Source: Bdellovibrionota bacterium
Lineage (GTDB): Bacteria > Bdellovibrionota_C > UBA2361 > RFPC01
DNA: 28,615 nucleotides
Assembly (NCBI GenBank): GCA_049451755.1
Contig: JBMTVV010000001.1
Location: 1-28,615 of the forward strand
Direction of reading: 5' to 3'
The number at the start of each line of letters is the position of its first letter. Position 1 is the first letter of the stretch. A program made the position numbers and the translations under genes. Of this stretch, positions 24,646 through 28,615 are shown one piece after another. A model generated the notes under the pieces. That model saw nothing but the letters and a program-made list of their open reading frames with translations, searched no databases and was not told the DNA's origin.

Positions 24646-26151
24646 GTGTCTGAAGACCTACTGAGCAAAGTCGTATCCCTCGCAAAAAGAAGAGGCTTCA
24701 TATTTCAGAGTAGCGAAATTTACGGGGGACTAAAAAGTGCCTATGACTATGGTCCCTTGGGAGTTGAGTTAAAAAGAAATATCTCAAACTGCTGGTGGGA
24801 GTCGATGGTGCACGCCCGCGAAGACGTGGTCGGGCTTGACGCAGCAATCTTTATGCATCCGAGAGTTTGGAAGGCAAGTGGACACCTCGCAGAATTCTCA
24901 GATCCACTTGTTGACTGCCTCAATTGTGGCGGGCGATTCCGTGCCGATAAGGCACCGACGTATGCACCTGATACTCCCGTATACTTCAAGGCTGGAGGAA
25001 AAGATGGTGGTGAAGAGTGTGAGGGAACCGTAAGCGACCGCGGGTACGTTTGCCCGATGTGCAACTGCCCGAACCTTTCCGCAGAGCGTCAGTTCAACCT
25101 CATGTTTAGAACCTCCATCGGGCCCGTTGATCCTTTGGATAAAGCTATCAAAAAGATTGCCAGAGGCCGAATGGGAGCAAAGGAGATTCGTCAGGCGATC
25201 GAGGAAGCCATCCAACCCTCGGCTATTTACCTTCGACCAGAAACTGCTCAAGCCATTTTCGTACAATACCTCAATGTTCAGCAGAGCCTTGGGATGAAGG
25301 TTCCCTTCGGAATCGCGCAGATTGGAAAAGCATTCCGAAATGAAATTATTACCGAGAAGTTCATTTTTCGTACGTGCGAGTTCGAGCAAATGGAGCTCGA
25401 ATTCTTTGTAGAGCCCGGGACAGAGGATACATGGATTGAGTATTGGGCAAATACACGGATGCAATGGTGGCAAAGATATGCCAACACGTCCGACGCATTT
25501 CGATTGCGTCCCCATGAATCTGATGAGCTAGCGCACTATGCCTCCGCGTGCTACGACATCGAGTATGCGTATCCTTGGGGATGGGACGAACTGGAGGGTA
25601 TCGCATCTCGAACAGACTACGACCTCAGAAAACACTCTGAAGAGTCAGGTAGTAAGCTACACTTCTTTGATCAACAGAAAGAGGACCCAGACACGGGCAA
25701 GCTTGGATATCGCTATACACCCTATGTCATCGAACCATCCGCTGGACTGACCAGAGGATTGCTCGTCTATCTTTTGGACGCATACACAGAGGAGAGTGGT
25801 GTTGATGCAGAAGGAAAAGAGAAGACAAGAAAGGTTCTGAAGCTTCATCCCAGATTTGCACCCATCAAAGCGGCGATCCTTCCCCTCGTAAAAAAAGAAG
25901 GGCTACCAGAACGGGCAAAGAAACTCTCTGAAGAGTTTTTCCATGCGGGAGTAAATGCACGGTTTGACGAGCAACAATCGATCGGAAAACGATACGCAAA
26001 GCATGACGAGATTGGAACCCCCTTCTGCATTACGATTGACCACCAAACACTCAGTGATGACACCGTCACTATTCGAGATCGGGATTCAACTGAACAGCGG
26101 CGCATTTCAGCGTCACAAGCGCTACAGTTCGTTCTTGATGGGCTAAAGTAG
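24646..26151 (+). CDS. glyQS: Glycine--tRNA ligase, alpha2 (eukaryote-like) type
   Basis: RRGFIFQSSEIYGG, YDYGPLG, YLRPETAQ, AQIGKAFRNEI, FRTCEFEQME, ELEGIASRTDYDL, YVIEPSAG, anticodon-binding IGKRYAKHDEIGTPFCITID; AGGAG upstream of the GTG. Confidence 0.97.
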   Translation: MSEDLLSKVVSLAKRRGFIFQSSEIYGGLKSAYDYGPLGVELKRNISNCWWESMVHAREDVVGLDAAIFMHPRVWKASGHLAEFSDPLVDCLNCGGRFRADKAPTYAPDTPVYFKAGGKDGGEECEGTVSDRGYVCPMCNCPNLSAERQFNLMFRTSIGPVDPLDKAIKKIARGRMGAKEIRQAIEEAIQPSAIYLRPETAQAIFVQYLNVQQSLGMKVPFGIAQIGKAFRNEIITEKFIFRTCEFEQMELEFFVEPGTEDTWIEYWANTRMQWWQRYANTSDAFRLRPHESDELAHYASACYDIEYAYPWGWDELEGIASRTDYDLRKHSEESGSKLHFFDQQKEDPDTGKLGYRYTPYVIEPSAGLTRGLLVYLLDAYTEESGVDAEGKEKTRKVLKLHPRFAPIKAAILPLVKKEGLPERAKKLSEEFFHAGVNARFDEQQSIGKRYAKHDEIGTPFCITIDHQTLSDDTVTIRDRDSTEQRRISASQALQFVLDGLK

Positions 26152-26296
26152 AATTGGCTCAGCGAGTAATCACTCGAACGGTAGAGAGTGTGTAGCAGGT
26201 TGAAAATAATAGGGCTACGCCAAGAGAGGAAGCACCTCTGAGTACAAACGTACTACGCAGCCTCCATTACGAGAGAGAAACTTACCAACTACCTCT

Positions 26297-26327
26297 ACTC
26301 TCTTTTCACACCACTCTCTTTTCACAC
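26297..26327. repeat. 15-bp direct repeat, 16-bp period
   Basis: ACTCTCTTTTCACAC at 26297-26311 and 26313-26327. Confidence 0.9.
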
Positions 26328-26347
26328 ATCGTCATACTACGAAAGGA

Positions 26348-26378
26348 CTTACTGCAATGTATGTCCTTACTGCAATGT
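26348..26378. repeat. 13-bp direct repeat, 18-bp period, duplicating the sppA 3' end
   Basis: CTTACTGCAATGT at 26348-26360 and 26366-26378; the second copy contains the sppA stop codon (26367-26369). Confidence 0.9.
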
Positions 26379-27257
26379 GAACGAGGGCAAAACTCTATTC
26401 AGGAGATCCGTCAAAACCCCTTCACGAAAGAGCTTTTTGAGCTGCGAGAATTGATCCTCGTCATAGATAAGATTTGGAATCTCCCCCTCATCGAGCGGGA
26501 CCCCTGCCATTGCGTAGATCTCTCGAGCACCATCATAAACGGTTCCGTAGCCGTCAATCATGCCGTACTCAAGCGCCTCCGAACCTAAGATAATGCGTCC
26601 GTCCGCGATCGAGTCCACCACAGAACGCTCAATTCCTCTTCCCTCGACCACAGCGTCCACAAAATTCTCTCTCACTTTGTTTACCGAGGCTTGCAAAAAT
26701 GCGCGATCACTTATCGTCATCGGGCGAAAAGAATTTCCAACATCCTTCAGCTCGCCACTCTTGATGGTGATCATCTGAAAACCATACTGATCAGCAATTT
26801 TCGAGAAGTTTGGAAGCTGCAGAATAACCCCTATTGACCCAGTCAGTGTCCCAGGCTGAGCCAATACCTTTTTTGCTCCAACAGCTGCATATAACCCACC
26901 GGATGCGGCAACAGAGCCCATCACAGCCACTGTTGGCTTCTTCTCAGAAAGTGCCCTCACCGTTGAATATATCGCTTGCGATGGTCCCACGGCTCCTCCA
27001 GGTGAGTTAATATCGAGAGCTATTCCGAGGACATTATCATCAATGCTGTACTTATAGAGCTTTTCAAGCACATCCTTCGATTCGAGAATCATGCCGTTAA
27101 TCTCAACTACGGCGACCCCCTTCTGAGAGGGTTGTGGCTTCTTTGCTGCCGCTCCGGACATAGCCCCAACAAGTCCTGCCACAAGAAAGGGTACAAATAC
27201 GAAAATTACCACGATTCCGGTTACAAACTTTGCAAGCCAGTTTAGATATCCTTTCAT
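26367..27257 (-). CDS. sppA: Signal peptide peptidase SppA (short form)
   Basis: INSPGGAV, VAASGGLY (Ser), TLTGSIGV, IKSGELKD (Lys), ADGRI..G..AL..G.ID. ATG 27257 overlaps the upstream TGA (TGATG). Confidence 0.96.
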   Translation of the reverse strand: MKGYLNWLAKFVTGIVVIFVFVPFLVAGLVGAMSGAAAKKPQPSQKGVAVVEINGMILESKDVLEKLYKYSIDDNVLGIALDINSPGGAVGPSQAIYSTVRALSEKKPTVAVMGSVAASGGLYAAVGAKKVLAQPGTLTGSIGVILQLPNFSKIADQYGFQMITIKSGELKDVGNSFRPMTISDRAFLQASVNKVRENFVDAVVEGRGIERSVVDSIADGRIILGSEALEYGMIDGYGTVYDGAREIYAMAGVPLDEGEIPNLIYDEDQFSQLKKLFREGVLTDLLNRVLPSFTLQ

Positions 27258-27703
27258 CAAGAGACTCTCCCCAAATAGGTTATCAACAAAATCAAGAGAA
27301 CAAGAGCACTCGCACCCCCATGAATCACCCCTAGATGAGACCGCTTTAACAGCTCACCACGTGCTAATCGTGCCATCTGTAATCCCGTGAAAATGGTCAG
27401 GGCAACAAGTCCCACAACGAGCGTCAGCTTCGTATGAAACCATCCTTGTTGGAAATATGCTGTGCCCGCTCCGACTACAATATTCCCAATCCCACTAATA
27501 AGCACAACTAGCATCCCGCCAAGGACAAATCCTTTCCATAAGGCCCTAGCGGCTCCAACGAATCCATCCGCTGCAGCACCAAGGGTTGCGGGGGTTGATG
27601 AGACAAAAACCCGCAATACTCTACTAAGGGATATGGTACCGCCAACCCAAAACACAATGCCTAATATATGAATCGCAAGTAACAACTGTAATACGCTCAA
27701 CAT
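27257..27703 (-). CDS. CopD/HemJ (UPF0093) family membrane protein
   Basis: AIHILGIVFWVGG and GWFHTKLTLV match the family; about 4 TM helices. ATG 27703 has GAGGT 6 nt upstream. Confidence 0.75.
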   Translation of the reverse strand: MLSVLQLLLAIHILGIVFWVGGTISLSRVLRVFVSSTPATLGAAADGFVGAARALWKGFVLGGMLVVLISGIGNIVVGAGTAYFQQGWFHTKLTLVVGLVALTIFTGLQMARLARGELLKRSHLGVIHGGASALVLLILLITYLGRVS

Positions 27704-27915
27704 GAACATACCTCATTCGAATAAAAATATCGCAAACGAGCCTTACCATAACAAGAAAAGGACCGTTTCCGCAGAGAGAATTTTACAAACCGGGACATAT
27801 CTCAGCTCCGAGGGGCTTGAAGGTTACATCGATGCGAGACTCAATCCGAACAAAGGGTTACGGCTCTCCATGGAGGGATTTTCTTCTCGCCACTCAGTGC
27901 CCTCCTCTGGAGGTC

Positions 27916-28470
27916 TCACCCCTCCAAAAACTCACAAAAAGCATGAATGAGCGTTATATGCACTTCTTGAATGCGGTCTGTTTCTTGGGAAGGAACCACA
28001 AGCGGATACGTCACAAGATCTCGAAGCTTTCCACCATCCTTTCCGAGAAGGCCGATAGTTGGTATGCCAACGTCTAGGGCAACCTCAACAGCTCTTATGA
28101 CATTCTCCGAGTTTCCCGATGTCGAGATAGCAACAAGAACATCATTTACTTGCAAGAATGTCTTCGCCTCTCTCTCGAAAAGTGTGGAATACGAATAATC
28201 ATTTCCCCAACAGGTGAGTGTTGAACTATCAACAAAATGTTGAGCTCGAATTCCCGGGCGATCGCGCTTGTATCGAGCGACGAGCTCTTCACGAAAGTGC
28301 ATAGCGTCACATGCTGACCCGCCATTTCCGCATAGATAAATAGTCCCTCCTCGATGAATCGCCGTTTTTAGCTCTTGGGCTGCACCATACCATCGCTGCA
28401 AAAAGCTCTCATCATCACTCAGCTGTTGCTTCAATAATGCTGATTGTGAAAGAAACTGCTGAACGATCAT
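27916..28470 (-). CDS. gmhA: Phosphoheptose isomerase (sedoheptulose-7-phosphate isomerase)
   Basis: CGNGGSACDAMHF, TCWGNDY, ISTSGNSENV, GLLGKDGG, RIQEVH; strong SD GGAGG. Confidence 0.96.
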   Translation of the reverse strand: MIVQQFLSQSALLKQQLSDDESFLQRWYGAAQELKTAIHRGGTIYLCGNGGSACDAMHFREELVARYKRDRPGIRAQHFVDSSTLTCWGNDYSYSTLFEREAKTFLQVNDVLVAISTSGNSENVIRAVEVALDVGIPTIGLLGKDGGKLRDLVTYPLVVPSQETDRIQEVHITLIHAFCEFLEG

Positions 28471-28522
28471 TATTTTCCTCCTTCCAAGGATGTAATCTCA
28501 CCGCTATTCATTAGCCGACAGC

Positions 28523-28615
28523 TCACGACATATTCTCAAGAGCTTGCTCACGACAGATCTTCTCATACTCTTGAGACGTAAGGCGATAGAGAGACTGAAA
28601 CATCATGGCCCGACG
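28523..28615 (-). CDS. 3' end of an upstream gene (partial, product unknown)
   Basis: Frame open from the window edge: RRAMMFQSLYRLTSQEYEKICREQALENMS, then TGA at 28523-28525; too short to identify. Confidence 0.4.
   Translation of the reverse strand, partial: RRAMMFQSLYRLTSQEYEKICREQALENMS

Noticed and set aside
24898-25515. 205-aa antisense ORF
   Set aside because: Entirely antisense to the conserved glyQS; no motif or SD; a shadow frame.
20631-27863. Shared motif CAA[G/A]GGGTTACGG at 20631-20643 and 27851-27863, each downstream of a minus-strand gene
   Set aside because: One 12/13 match is expected by chance in 28 kb, and distances from the stops differ.

Overview
A bacterial core-genome window with about 27 protein-coding genes. 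I found no rRNA, tRNA, CRISPR array, transposase or integrase. Gene content fits a diderm delta-proteobacterial/Bdellovibrionota-like organism (futalosine menaquinone pathway, alpha2-type GlyRS, MlaA, GmhA); that placement is inference only. In order: a penicillin-acylase-family Ntn hydrolase (runs off the left edge), a BI-1/YccA protein, a Cys-patterned secreted protein, mlaA, a 1141-aa membrane-anchored CotH kinase + beta-helix + CYTH fusion, two co-oriented surface proteins (FG-GAP-like; Ser-Pro/TSP3-repeat lipoprotein), a Zn-ribbon ORF with yaeQ, a cyclophilin, dsbA, a DUF1232-like gene, a USP, a phosphofructokinase, an orphan GH108 muramidase, a menaquinone cluster (mqnP/ubiA, ubiX, menG, a MenA-like membrane protein, a TPR protein, mqnE), glyQS, sppA, a HemJ/CopD-like gene and gmhA. 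The main oddities are: (i) the CotH-CYTH fusion sitting two genes from a candidate Ser-Pro substrate; (ii) an in-frame TAG at the conserved YxxxK lysine of an otherwise intact mqnP; (iii) seven short 15-19 bp-period direct duplications at gene boundaries; (iv) a PPi-PFK-like scaffold carrying the ATP-type GGEG motif. All family calls come from motifs recognised by eye, not from database searches.
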